A DNA stretch of 63,426 nt, the filler included, from Globobulimina sp. (lineage: Eukaryota), in assembly GCA_003354225.1 (NCBI GenBank). It is 27 parts of 27 records of this genome, joined end to end, with 100 filler letters (N's around TTAATTAATTAA, not from the genome) between each part and the next. Parts side by side here need not be neighbours in the genome. Positions count along the whole stretch, not along the records: positions 35,307 to 37,559 come from PIVH01007870.1; positions 37,660 to 39,912 come from PIVH01007871.1; positions 40,013 to 42,264 come from PIVH01007872.1; positions 42,365 to 44,616 come from PIVH01007873.1; positions 44,717 to 46,968 come from PIVH01007874.1; positions 47,069 to 49,320 come from PIVH01007875.1; 21 more parts are not named here. The stretch is one strand, 5' to 3'. Numbering within the stretch: the first letter of the stretch is position 1; each line of letters opens with the position of its first letter. The notes under the pieces were generated by a model that was not told where the DNA came from, searched no databases, and saw only the letters and a list, made by a program, of their open reading frames with translations. Position numbers and translations under genes: made by a program. Shown here piece after piece: positions 35,307 through 47,604 of this stretch.

Positions 35307-37559
35307 TTCAATGTCTTATAACATTTACCATAATCGTTGTAATGTGCACGTTTACATTTGTCAAATAATACAGATTTCCAAATTTCATTATCTTTATTTT
35401 GAAAATGTTTAAAATCAACATGTTTAAAAGGAGATTGATTGATATTCAAATGGTTGATATGAATCCATAAAGATATAATTACATTATTTTTTTCATCAAT
35501 CTGTATTTTCTGCGGCTGTGACAATGACATTAACCTATTATTAACATACCAGAATTGTCGATAACTTTGATTGCTCATATTTTTAAATTTGCATTGTTTC
35601 AATTTCGGAATTGTTTCAAATTCTAATTTTAATTTATCAGTATCAACTTTGCCATATTCATTAATAAAAATACTAAATGTTGCAACATTAATAGTGTCGC
35701 CATAATAATTATTATTTAATGCTTCAATCACTGCAATGATACATTTTGATTTTCGAAATATTTTACATTCCGTTTGAGGATTAATATCTGTGATCCATTT
35801 TGAAAATTGATTTTGCGTATTTGGTTCAATCATTTTTAATTTTATTTGTTCCACTGATTGCAATTCCAATCTATTATTTTTATTGAATTTATTCAATGCT
35901 AACCGATCTGAAACTGTGTTAAATATTTTATGTCTTAGCGTATCCACGGAACAATAATCTAAAACTCCAAATTGTTGATGACGAATATAGTCATTATTTA
36001 ATGGAATACAAATATCTAAAATAATATCAATACAATGATCATGCAATGGCAATAATATTTTTTCTTTAATATCATATCGTGACTCCTTATAATTACATCC
36101 AGGATTCATGCAGGACACAATATTTCTTTCCACAAAATGCATTGTGTCACGGATGATGGATTGATATGGATTGTAATTAGTTAAATTGCCGTTAATTAAA
36201 TCTTCCTCATTCTCTTCGTCCAATGTACCGATAATATACCACGAACCGGGATGATTTATAACTTTATGCACTGGTTTCATGCTCAGTTTCTGTCTGCTAA
36301 TAATATCAGAATCCAATAATTCAATCATTTTAGAAATGGCACTTAATGCATCCCCTTGTGCCCCATATTCAAATTTGACATCACTGCTTCGCAAATTACT
36401 AACAATCATGGCAGGATTAACTGCACCACATTTTGCATTCCGCCGCATTGCAACTTGGGCAATCTCAATGAACGAGTCTAGCATTGAGGCATTACGATAA
36501 TTATATTTATTTTGTTTTACAGCTGGCCAGGTTCGTAATAATCGAATTAATGGAGGTGTTTGTAGCAAACATTGGATGACAGCATTAATAAAACATGTAT
36601 TTCCGGAATTGCGTAAACCAATAATACCGCACGATGAGTCCGTCAAAATCCACTCTTTATTTAAATAATTACTCGAATCAACACACTCATTATTAGTTCC
36701 TCTGGTTTTTTTTCGCAATTTTTCCAATGATTTATATATTTTTTCACCAATTTTTTTATCAATATCTTCAAATGAATTCGTAATATCATCCGCTGTGATG
36801 CAGCCATTAAAATCCATTCCACTCATTTCAGCATTACGTATTTCTGTACATAGCTTAAACTGCACATCAATGCCTAAATGGGTTAAACCTAATATCCAGC
36901 CTTGTAATTCGAGACAGCTCCAATCTGAAATATTTTTATTTTTCCATTTACTATTTGGTGCTGTATCCATTTTACTATCATCATCGTTTCTATTTTGGTT
37001 ATTGTTGTTATCGTTTTCTGCGTCGTCGTTATCACTTTCTGCATTCTGTCTAATTACATTTTGTAACTGTTTGTATAAATAATTGAAAAAACTTTTTGAT
37101 TTTTTAAAATCATACTCAAACGACGCAGCAATATCTTTTCCATTTGAACAATCCTTAAAATCCGCGCCGGTGCACCCCGTACAAACAATACTGTTAATAA
37201 TTAACTGTTCATTCTTTTTTCTTAAATCTAACGATTTTATCCACTCTTTCACGTCTTCACTGGACCAATTTTCAACAGCTTTAATCTGCCAACCTACGTT
37301 TTTGGTATTAAAGCCATACTGATCCTGACGCATATGCACCATAACAATATCATCTTCGTCAGAATTATTGTCTTCGTCTTTAATTTCAGCTTTTTTTTGC
37401 CTTTTTTTTCGAAATTTTTTCAAAGATTTAACTTGTTTATATAATAACTCTCCCAATTCGACATTGATGGTATTACCAAATGTTGTATGGTCATTTGCTA
37501 TTTCCATACCATCGCCAACCAATAACAAATATGGTCCGGCTCTATGACCTTTTACAAAG
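35307..37559 (-). CDS. Ubiquitin-specific protease (C19) with two SAM-like domains, partial at both ends
   Basis: Cys box GLRNSGNTCFINAVIQCL, QGDA, CxxxxC; WSSEDVKEWI and WSCLELQGWI SAM-like starts. Confidence 0.85.
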
Positions 37560-37859
37560 NNNNNNNNNNNNNNNNNNNNNNNNNNNNNNNNNNNNNNNNN
37601 NNNTTAATTAATTAANNNNNNNNNNNNNNNNNNNNNNNNNNNNNNNNNNNNNNNNNNNNCAATATGCATACAAAGCAACTATTAAAAATCGATGTATATA
37701 TTCATGACTGTTTATTTACGAAACTGCCTAATTTGAAAAGAGTTTCTTATCTTATTCAGCTTTCGCAAAACTCTTCGTTGCTCAACCTAATCCTTCATCC
37801 CTTCGACGTGTACAGTATCTTTTGTTTTATTATAAACAAACAAAACATAAACGTGATCG

Positions 37860-39664
37860 ATGGCAGCAGAAGAAACGAAAGCACCTCCATCAGCCAAGGA
37901 TGACATTGTAGTTGATGTTGATGTAGATGTTGATGTCGATGTAGTCGATGATGTAGTCGATGTTGCAGCAGTTGTAACAACCGATTATGCCACAGGCAAC
38001 AATTGGATATGTAAAGGGTGTGGTTTTTCCAACAACATATCCCATTGGAATTGTAAAGCCTGTTATTCTTCGATGAAGAAATCAATCCAAAAAGACAAAT
38101 TTTTACAACGTAAAAAAGAAAAAGAACAAAGTTTAAATAGAAAGAAAAGACAAGCAAAGCGAGAAGCAATCAAAGCGAAGAAATCAGGAAATGTATCACC
38201 AACAAAAGAGTCAAAATCGAATGAAAGTAAATCTGACGAAGAAAAAGCCAAAACGCCGCCTGCCGAGAAAGAGCAAACCCCGTTCAAATTGGCACCGAAT
38301 GTACCCAAAACTATGCGTGCTTTGGTCAAGGAAGAGGCGGGAAAAGGATATCGATTGGCGACGGATTACGCGGTGCCTACCCCGGCCGAGGACGAGTTAT
38401 TGATTCGTTCCTTCGCAGTGAGCATCTGTGGCAGCGACGGCATTTTGTATAATTGGACCAAAGAGGCGGCCACCATCGCTGCCTTACCGTTTATACCCGG
38501 CCACGAAGCGGCGGGCTTGATAGTTGGCGTCGGCAGAAATTGCAGATTCCGCATTGGCGAACGGGTCGCCATCGAGAATCATTTTTATTGTGGCGAGTGT
38601 TATCAATGTAGTATTAACCGGAAAGATATCTGTGCCAATTTGAAACAGTTCGGACATGGAAAGGGCACCATTTATGGCGGCTGTTGCGATTATTATGTGG
38701 CGAAAGAACGATATTGTTATCGATTAAAAGCGGATATTTCGTGGAGAGATGCTGCGTTATTGGAACCATTGGGCGTGGCCTATAATGCCTGCGAGAGAGC
38801 GGATGTTAAGCACTATTTTTTATATATGTATAGCATATGTAATATGAATACGCAATTTCGCATATCCTTGCACTCCATGTATATGATCTGTTGGTTGTAT
38901 TACATATTACATATGAATATGAATGGTTTTGTATAGCAATTTGTAATATAATCGGTTGAATCATTTATATTACACATTTTCAGATTATATTTGTATTACA
39001 AAAATTTTGACTCAGTTATATTTTTTTTGTAATATGACAAAAATGTGTGGTGAATATTACATAGTTAAACGAGAAGAGTATGAATAAAGATCAAGAACAG
39101 CAGAAAGAGAGTGTGTTAATAATAGGTTGTGGGAGCATTGGTTGTTTGGCCGTTGGTGTGGCCAAAACCATGGTGGCAACGGGCAAAATAATCGCCGTTG
39201 ATGTGTTTGACAGTAAATTGGCTGTAGCTAAAGAGATGGGGGCCGACATTGTGATAAATGTGAAGAATTTGGGGGATAAATCCTTGGTGGAAGAGGTCTT
39301 GTCATTGACAGATGGCGTTGGTGTGGGGAAAATAATTGAATGTAGCGGGCACGCACCGACTATCAATAAAATGTTTGGCTGTGTGCGCAAAGGTGGCTGT
39401 GTGACCTTAGTTGGATTACCGAAACAACCGCTTACTTTTGCCAATCCATTGCAAGATATTATTTTTAAATCGATACAGATTCGAAGTATTCATGGTCGAC
39501 GAATATTTAAAACATGGAATCGGACTGAAAAATTAGTGTCTGAGCGGAAAATCAATTTAGATCCGATTGTGTCGCATGAATTGGCTCTTGGTGCATTTGA
39601 GGAGGGATTTGATGCGTTGTTCTCTGGCAAAGCATTGAAAATTGTGTTTGATTTAACTAAATAA
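37860..39664 (+). CDS. tdh: Zn-dependent L-threonine 3-dehydrogenase (MDR) with N-terminal RanBP2-type zinc finger; intron 38805-39064
   Basis: SICGSD, GHEAAG, ENHFYCGECYQC...C, LLEPLG, GCGSIG, IIFKSIQIRSIHGRRIFKTW; N-terminal WICKGCGFSN......CKAC. Confidence 0.85.
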
Positions 39665-39808
39665 ATCAATACAATACGTAACAAAAATAATAATTCGTTT
39701 TGATTGACATTGTTCTCTTTGCTTTTGTCTTTCTTCCTAAATTTGTTTATTGTAACTTAATTTCAAATATTTGTATTATGGAATTTAAATTATGGCCGGG
39801 TAATATTG

Positions 39809-39831
39809 GTTTTTTTTTTTGTAATTTTTTT

Positions 39832-39912
<81 letters not shown>
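39809..39912. repeat. Poly-T tract at contig end
   Basis: More than 75 consecutive T. Confidence 0.9.
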
Positions 39913-40012
39913 NNNNNNNNNNNNNNNNNNNNNNNNNNNNNNNNNNNNNNNNNNNNTTAATTAATTAANNNNNNNNNNNNNNNNNNNNNNNNNNNNNNNN
40001 NNNNNNNNNNNN

Positions 40013-41306
40013 TAGTAAGTCTTTGGACATTTTTCAAAATGGAATGGTATCTATCAATAAATCCATAGAAAAAGGAAGAAGGTTTTCCAAAAATTTAGTT
40101 TATTTATCCAAATATTGGCGATTAACCACACTGAATATATTAAAAAATGATAATTATTTAAATATACCAAATGGTTCTAATAATAATGTATTTATTGACT
40201 ACAGACTGCAAAGGAAAGCAAATAATATTAACGGATTATTGCCGTTGTTAAAAACACACAAAACGGGAAACATACAAATCGATGTCAATGATAACCATAA
40301 TAATGAGAATAATAAATGGCAGTCACCCGAGAAAAAAGTAGAAAAAAAACAAGAAAATATTATTGGTTTTGATGACGATGACTCGGAAGAAGACGACACA
40401 GAAAAAGAGGAAGAAGAATATTCTTGGCATAGAATATGTGAATACGTCTATGAGTCACAAATAAATTTATTATACTTTGAATTATTTAATATGCTACGAA
40501 TGGAAGTTTGTGATTGGAATCCAAAGTATTACAATGGGATAATATGCAAATTGCAATCGAATGGAATTTGTATTCATACGCCATCGGCCAATGATTTTGT
40601 GATAAAATTCATTGTTTCAAACGATGATAACAACGATTTGAAACAAGAGAAAAAATGGAATAAATTTATAATTTGTGGCGATGAAGAAAATATGGATAAA
40701 AAAATATGTTCAGATATTGAGCAGAAAGTAATTAAAATGTTGATTGCAAAAATTAAAGGTAACAATTCCGAAAAAAATAATAATAAATTTACATTGAATG
40801 GGTTAAAGAATGAAGAATTGAAATATTTAAAAAACTTAAGTGGCGGAAATATATTCAGTTTGAATAATTTAATTGGAAAATTTGAAGGAAATGAGAAGAA
40901 TGATAACAATGAGAATGTCAATAAGAATGATAATAATTATAACGACAATAATGATAAGATAGTAATTAAAGAGAATAAATGTGAATTATTGGAATATATT
41001 ATAACTAAAATTAATCATCATCGATTATCAAAAAAAGTAAAAAAATTATTGTTGCAATTTTCGAAACAAAATAAAACATTTAATATAAAATGGAATCAAT
41101 TGAACTCTAAAAATATTGTCAATGTTGTAATTGAAAAAAGAGAGAAATTATTATTGAACATCACATTAAATGGTTTAAAAATTACTGTGATTAAATATTT
41201 TAATCATTTAAAGAAAATCAATTATTTGAAACAAGCACAAGTTTCAAAATTAATCCCTGTTTTTAATGTTCATCAATTACAAAAAATTCTTAGTTCATTT
41301 AACTGA
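40013..41306 (+). CDS. Possible Mediator subunit MED17-like protein, 5'-partial
   Basis: F...L..L.KYWRL and ICEYVYESQ..L...ELF.ML..E resemble conserved MED17 blocks; recognised by eye only. Confidence 0.45.
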
Positions 41307-41343
41307 CAAAACTTTCGCTTAAACATTGTCTTTATTTGCCAAC

Positions 41344-42264
41344 ATGGATTCGATACCGTTTCCGTTCGAACCATATCCGGAACAAAAAAAATTAATGAAG
41401 CAAATATATACAACATTAGATGAAGGAGGTATATCATTGCTTGAATCACCAACTGGTACTGGCAAATCATTGAGTATTATATGCAGTGCATTGCATTGGT
41501 TGACTAATTACAATAAACATAATCATAAATCTTCATCAACGCCATCAAAGGATGCAACACCAGATTGGGTCAATGATTTTTTTGATAAACAACAAAAACA
41601 ACAGCAGGTTTGTGCTATTTTATTTGTGTTAGACCTCTGACCTTTAATTTGTTCATCCAATCAAAGCAAAAAAGAATTGAACAAAAACAAGAATTATTAA
41701 GAAAACAACAAAAAGAATTATTTAACGACAAACAGCCAAATAAGCGGCAAAAATTAAACTATTCCACCAATAACAATGACCCATATTTACTCAAAGAGGC
41801 AGAGCAAGAAAAACAACATCGAACTGCTGAGGATTGGATGGTATGTATATTATATATATATTATATGTGCAGTATTATAATAAATAATAATTCCGATACC
41901 AAATTAAAGAAAATATTCAATAAAGAAAATGCCGACATACCGCCAGAAGAAAAGGAGAATTCGGATATTGAATATAGGAAACCTCAAATTATTTATTGTT
42001 CGCGAACACATTCTCAATTATTGCAATTTGTAAATGAAATTAAAAAAACTAAATTCAACAATGATAACTTAGAGATATTGACGATTGGATCGAGAAAACA
42101 ATTATGTATTCATCCAAAAATAAGTAAATATAAATCTGTCTCCAAAATGAATGATTCGTGCTTAAATTTGAAAGATACCAAAACTAATAAAAACATTAAG
42201 CAATGCATAGAATCATTGGAATTGACAAAAAAAAGCAAAATTAAAATCGGGATTGGCCAAAAGA
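41344..42264 (+). CDS. DDX11: DDX11/Chl1 Fe-S DNA helicase, N-terminal part, multi-exon
   Basis: [58 protein letters not shown]. Confidence 0.88.
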
Positions 42265-42364
42265 NNNNNNNNNNNNNNNNNNNNNNNNNNNNNNNNNNNN
42301 NNNNNNNNTTAATTAATTAANNNNNNNNNNNNNNNNNNNNNNNNNNNNNNNNNNNNNNNNNNNN

Positions 42365-43212
42365 TCAATACCTTTATTACGTTGAGCCTTTTCCAAGTCC
42401 CAAAAGTCAGTGAATTCACAATATCTATGCATATGTCCACTAGTTTCCGTACTCATATTTGGTGAATTCGGTGGATGTAATATAGGTGTTGTACTCACTG
42501 AGAATCCCAATACCGATCCTTCTTCGTCATTTTTGCCATAACATCTAAAGTCTCCAACACATAAATTATTATTTTTACTGCGTTTCTCATCGGTTTCATC
42601 CCTTTCTTGTAAATCTATATTTTTTATGTTATTTATATTCTCACCAACCATGTTATTTGATATTTGGTCACGATCACTCCGCATGATATTCACTGTGTTT
42701 TTACCACTTGATTTTGAATGGCAATGTGTAGAATTTGCAGCATTGTTGGTCTGTTTCTGTGTTGCGACAATTAATTGGTTCCATCTTGCTTTATTTTGCA
42801 ATTTTATTTTATTTATTTTTGATTTCAATAGGTTTGCTGGCTTCGTATTAGCATTCGGCAAAATATTATCAATTAAATCCCTGATCGTTTGTATCCATTC
42901 ATCCCTTACTTTTGCACTATTTACAGAGAGAAACCAGGTACGTTTATTAGTTATTATTTTAAATCCATACATTGTATGTTTTTTGTTTTTTGTTTTAGGG
43001 ATTTTGTCCGAACGTTGAATAAATCGACGATGTAATCCTTTCAAATCTATATTTCCTTTTAACTTTTCTAACGATGAGTTTGTGTAATATTCAATACGTT
43101 TATTTGACCATAATATCATATATCGATCGCGGAATGGATGGAACGCTTTTGACCCTTTCTTAGAAACACAACCTTCTTTAATTGCATACATAGTTCGTGT
43201 TTTGGTTGTCAT
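42365..43212 (-). CDS. PH-domain protein, 3'-partial
   Basis: IKEG.VSKKG..., RYMIL...IEYY, LKGNIDL, FKIIT.KRTWFL......RDEWIQTI. Confidence 0.85.
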
Positions 43213-43280
43213 TGTATTTGAACAAAAAAACTTGATGGTTTTCGGTTGGATTTGATGTGGTCTTCCAAATAAATGAAATA

Positions 43281-44616
43281 ATGTCAAATATAATGGAGAA
43301 AATAAAAGACTTTTATAACGATGAAAATAACAAAGCTATCAAAATAGCATTAATTGCAATATGTGGCTCCTTATTAGCATACACAGCCTACGTTTATACT
43401 ATTAAAAATAATCAAAATGAATTCGAACCAAAAAACAAAGACGAAAAAGAAAACGAAGCGCAAGCCGACACAATGAATGCACCGGATATTGATTATCAAG
43501 AAACGGAACAAAATACAGAAATCGAGAGAATTATTTCAAAATTGCTGAATGAAGGTTTGGTTGTTGATGGAAAAGGATATAATATCGAATATTTTATGCA
43601 ATATTATACAAAAAAAGATAGTTTAAATAAATATAAATGTAACAGCTGTGGCAATATATGCCGTGATTGTGTCGAAGTGGATGATGGCGATAATAAAGAG
43701 AGTGAGGATGCAATTGTTTTTTGTGAAATATGTGCAAAATTGGAAAATAAAAAATTCACAGCCTATAAAACAATGAGAAAGATCATTAATAAAATGGACA
43801 TATTTTTACCTGACCCCGACGACCCGGACGCTATGAAAAATTTTAAATCCATATATACCGGAACATTATCAAAATGTATCAACACTAAAATTCCGCAAAT
43901 GGCGCAACAAGAATATAATAACAAACAAACCGACGCTGTCCGGCAAAATATAATTCGACTGGAAACCGGCAAAGTTACTCCATTGCGCTGGCAGTTTCGC
44001 GATGAGAGTAAAACTAAAGAAGCACTATTTTTTATCTCTGATGATGGTATGTGCAGCTTCGGTAATTTTGAGCTTTATTTTATGAGTTTGATGAATATAC
44101 AAAGGTTTGGAGGCAAAGTCCAATAAACGATCAGGAACAGTGTTATTTGGACCGCTGATTTGTACAAAAAAATGGGTAGGAAAAGGTAAATGGACTGAGG
44201 ATTATAACTTTGCTGGGAATTATTATGAAATTGAATTGAAAATAACAGAAGCAGATGGATGTGGGATTGGATTTTGTCAGAAAACATTTAACCAATTTAT
44301 AGGTAAAAACGAAGCCGGTGTTTCTTGTTTGATGCTTAACCAAAGCGGCTGGTTTTATACATCACGAACGTTTAAGTCACCGATTGGCTATCAACATTCG
44401 AGAGAGTCGCCAATGGGGAAATGGTTTAAATCAAATGATGTTATTGTTATGGTGATTGATTGCACGGATAGCGATAATGTAAAAGGTAAGATTTTTAATA
44501 AAAATAAAGCTGAAACAAAATTTGAAATTGAAAAGTTACCAAAGAATATATGTGTTGCTGTTAATATTATTGTTGGCTCGAATCCAAAAGGAACTGTGCA
44601 GCCAAAAGTTACCATT
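43281..44616 (+). CDS. Membrane-anchored degenerate RING plus SPRY-like protein; intron 44047-44104; 3'-partial
   Basis: N-terminal TM, CNSC.NICRD.V...FCEIC, YYEIELK....CGIGF, FKSNDVIVMVID; a 58-nt intron joins the ORFs in frame. Confidence 0.6.
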
Positions 44617-44804
44617 NNNNNNNNNNNNNNNNNNNNNNNNNNNNNNNNNNNNNNNNNNNNTTAATTAATTAANNNNNNNNNNNNNNNNNNNNNNNNNNNN
44701 NNNNNNNNNNNNNNNNATGTCTACGCACCCTCAAAATTAAATATACGTTTTGATAGCATCACAAAATCAATCAATATCAAAACAAAAAGGGCATTTGCAG
44801 AAAG

Positions 44805-46355
44805 TCAATGATTTGAGTGAGCCGAATTATTAGTATTACTATTCATTAATAATTTTGGTTTTAAAACGGTGGAATAATGTTTTTTAATATCTTTGACACT
44901 AAATTGATGCGAAAATGTGCAATTTTTCTGAATATTATCCCATTGATCTTGCTTTGTTTCATTCCAATTTATTCCAAATGCTTTAATTGCATCAATTAAT
45001 ATAATATCATCACAATTACGCCACGTTCTTCTTGTTCTCCGCGGTTTGTTCATATTACTACTTTGTAGCGACCACAGCAATTTGCTATTTAACTCATTCA
45101 TTTCTTGATTATTATTAGTATTAAAAATATTATTTATCCGATTAAAATCAATATCTTTATCCGAATCATTCTCATTGTTCTCACTCTGTGCCTCGTCAAT
45201 TAACAATGATGAGCCATTCGATGAACATGGCGATATTTCCCCATTTCCTTCTTTATTCTCCAACTTTGCTTCATTCACATTTTCTTTATTTTTTTCAGAA
45301 AACTGAAAATTACTCCAATTTTGTTTCAAATTCTCTTTTCGTTTTTGCTTTTTTGCCGACGACAATGTAGTTGTTTGTCTCTGCCTTTTTGATGGTTGCT
45401 GAGAATGCTGGCTATAAATATATTGTTTATTGTTTTTTGTTTGAGACTGTGAGTGCGAGTGCGATTGCTTCGGTGTCATATAATTGTTGTTGTTGGTGAT
45501 TGTGAGTGTGATTTTGTTCATATCTTTGTCGTGTTTCTCTTTTAAAATCCTAATAAATTGTAACAATGTTTCATTTCCCTTTTCTTCCAATAATGAAATT
45601 AGTTCTTTATGCGTCCAAATCTTCAAATTTGTAACATTTTCCCTCTGCGGCCAGGTTTTTGCTTCTTTGGTACAATCCGATAATACGACCATTATCGCAT
45701 ATTCTACCTCTTTTTTTGCCGACATTGCACCAAATAAGTCGCGAATTTGTGGTTCGCTCACTTTCGTATTGTTTCTGTATTGCTTTACTTGTACCACACC
45801 TTTGCCATTTTTGTAATGCCGCACTATTAAATCTATCCCACCGTCATGCGTCTTGCCCATATGTTGTATTTTGTAGCCTAAGGCACAAAACAAAGCACCT
45901 ATAAATAGCTCAAACTCTGTTGGCGAGATGTCGCTGTCGCAAAAACTCATGATTGATAATGCCATTTCTTCTCTTTCCAATCGTTCTCTTTCTATATGTT
46001 TTTCGTAAGTAGATATTTCCGATTTTAATCTTGATATTTCTTCATGTAATCTTTTGTTTTCTTCTTTATATTTTTCTGAAGTTAATTTTAATATGGGATT
46101 AATTTTTTGCATAAAATAGGATGTAACTTCATCAAATTTCGTGTTTGATGACAAAAAATTTTGTACTAAATTATTTTGCTTTTTTTTATGATCTACTAAT
46201 GCGGTGTTAAAGTCTTGTAAAAGTTGTCCTGCTCCAAAATGTGTTAAATTATCGGTGTTGGTGTAATTGTTTGTTGCTCCTGGTGCTATATTATTATTGG
46301 TATTGCTGTCATTTTGTGTTTTTTGCAATGCTCTTTCTATTCGGAAAATATACAT
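44805..46355 (-). CDS. Coiled coil + Mrr-type restriction endonuclease domain + C-terminal Myb/SANT domain
   Basis: ISPTEFE.FI..LF..LGY...GKTHDGGIDL...VVQVKQY...VSEPQIRDLFGAM...AIMV..S..TKEA...LKIW...EL..LL; RRTW...DD..LI.AI..FG..W...W..I...F...IKKHY..VLKP. Start may lie at ATG 46405 via a ~41-nt intron. Confidence 0.85.
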   Translation of the reverse strand: MYIFRIERALQKTQNDSNTNNNIAPGATNNYTNTDNLTHFGAGQLLQDFNTALVDHKKKQNNLVQNFLSSNTKFDEVTSYFMQKINPILKLTSEKYKEENKRLHEEISRLKSEISTYEKHIERERLEREEMALSIMSFCDSDISPTEFELFIGALFCALGYKIQHMGKTHDGGIDLIVRHYKNGKGVVQVKQYRNNTKVSEPQIRDLFGAMSAKKEVEYAIMVVLSDCTKEAKTWPQRENVTNLKIWTHKELISLLEEKGNETLLQFIRILKEKHDKDMNKITLTITNNNNYMTPKQSHSHSQSQTKNNKQYIYSQHSQQPSKRQRQTTTLSSAKKQKRKENLKQNWSNFQFSEKNKENVNEAKLENKEGNGEISPCSSNGSSLLIDEAQSENNENDSDKDIDFNRINNIFNTNNNQEMNELNSKLLWSLQSSNMNKPRRTRRTWRNCDDIILIDAIKAFGINWNETKQDQWDNIQKNCTFSHQFSVKDIKKHYSTVLKPKLLMNSNTNNSAHSNH

Positions 46356-47604
46356 TTAATTCAATTAAGTAACTTCTGTGAATAATTATTCCATTGGAAT
46401 GCCATGATTTTAATTGTTGCAAACGGTTTACTATCGGTATTAACAGGACATCATGCAAACTCGGAGTCAAATGAAAGTTGTTAGTCAAAACTGTATTTAT
46501 GAAATCTCGGATAATAAAAATATATATAAACCACATTATTGTGCAATACATTCAATAGAAACGTTTAGTGTCAGATTATGTGAAGAGGTTTTTCTTTTTT
46601 TTCATCAACAAAACAACTCCAAGTTCTTTCTACATTTTTACACAATCAGCCACAAATTATGCGCGTAAACTAAACAATCGTACCAAATGGTGCAATTAAC
46701 CAAAATGGAACACCCAGCAATTCAATTTATTGAATCCAAACACCCATTTTATGTCAACAAACAGCAGCATTTTTAAATCAATTAGCAACATACAAACAAA
46801 CACAATCAACGCAGCAATAACTAACTCTAATTCAAACAACCCATCTCCAATCATTTCGGTACAAAATCTATCCCCATGCATGCTTTTTTAATTTTTAATT
46901 TGTATTTTGTTATATTCGCTTTCCCTCCAAACAAAAAACATATAACATACATTGATTCAGTCTCATTANNNNNNNNNNNNNNNNNNNNNNNNNNNNNNNN
47001 NNNNNNNNNNNNTTAATTAATTAANNNNNNNNNNNNNNNNNNNNNNNNNNNNNNNNNNNNNNNNNNNNTCCTTTGTTAATTATCAGTGTCATAATGGGTA
47101 AATTACATATTATTTCAAATAATGAATGGATTCTTCGACATGTTTCGTCGTTGCTGTCACTTTGTTTTATTTCCGGTATGGGATATTGCATAAACGTATG
47201 AAACAAGTGAGATTCCATGATTAAAGTGGAACGGACAAAAGATTTGGTGCACGGACTGCAAGCCGCAAGGTTTGTTTTATGCGATTGTGAAATGAAGAAA
47301 TCATTAAAAACTAAAAAAATATAATAAACGAGAAAAACGAGAAAAACGTTGTAGCGATATGAATATTAATGGTATGCGGTAATCAAATATACCAACACCA
47401 GACATATCATCGCTGAAAACAAATAACAGACAAAGTTACAAACATTAATTAAAATACTTTATGTACCATACAATGCGTAATTAGCTATGCAAATTATTCT
47501 ATATTAAATTTGCATATACGATACAACATTGAGATGGATGTACAAACTAACAACAGTATAAAAGTATAAATAGAAACATTTGCGAATATGAATGTCAACG
47601 TTTG

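Noticed and set aside
39700-39960. Poly-Phe ORF or retroposed poly(A) tail
   Set aside because: Homopolymer at a contig end; may be an artefact and no associated element can be seen.
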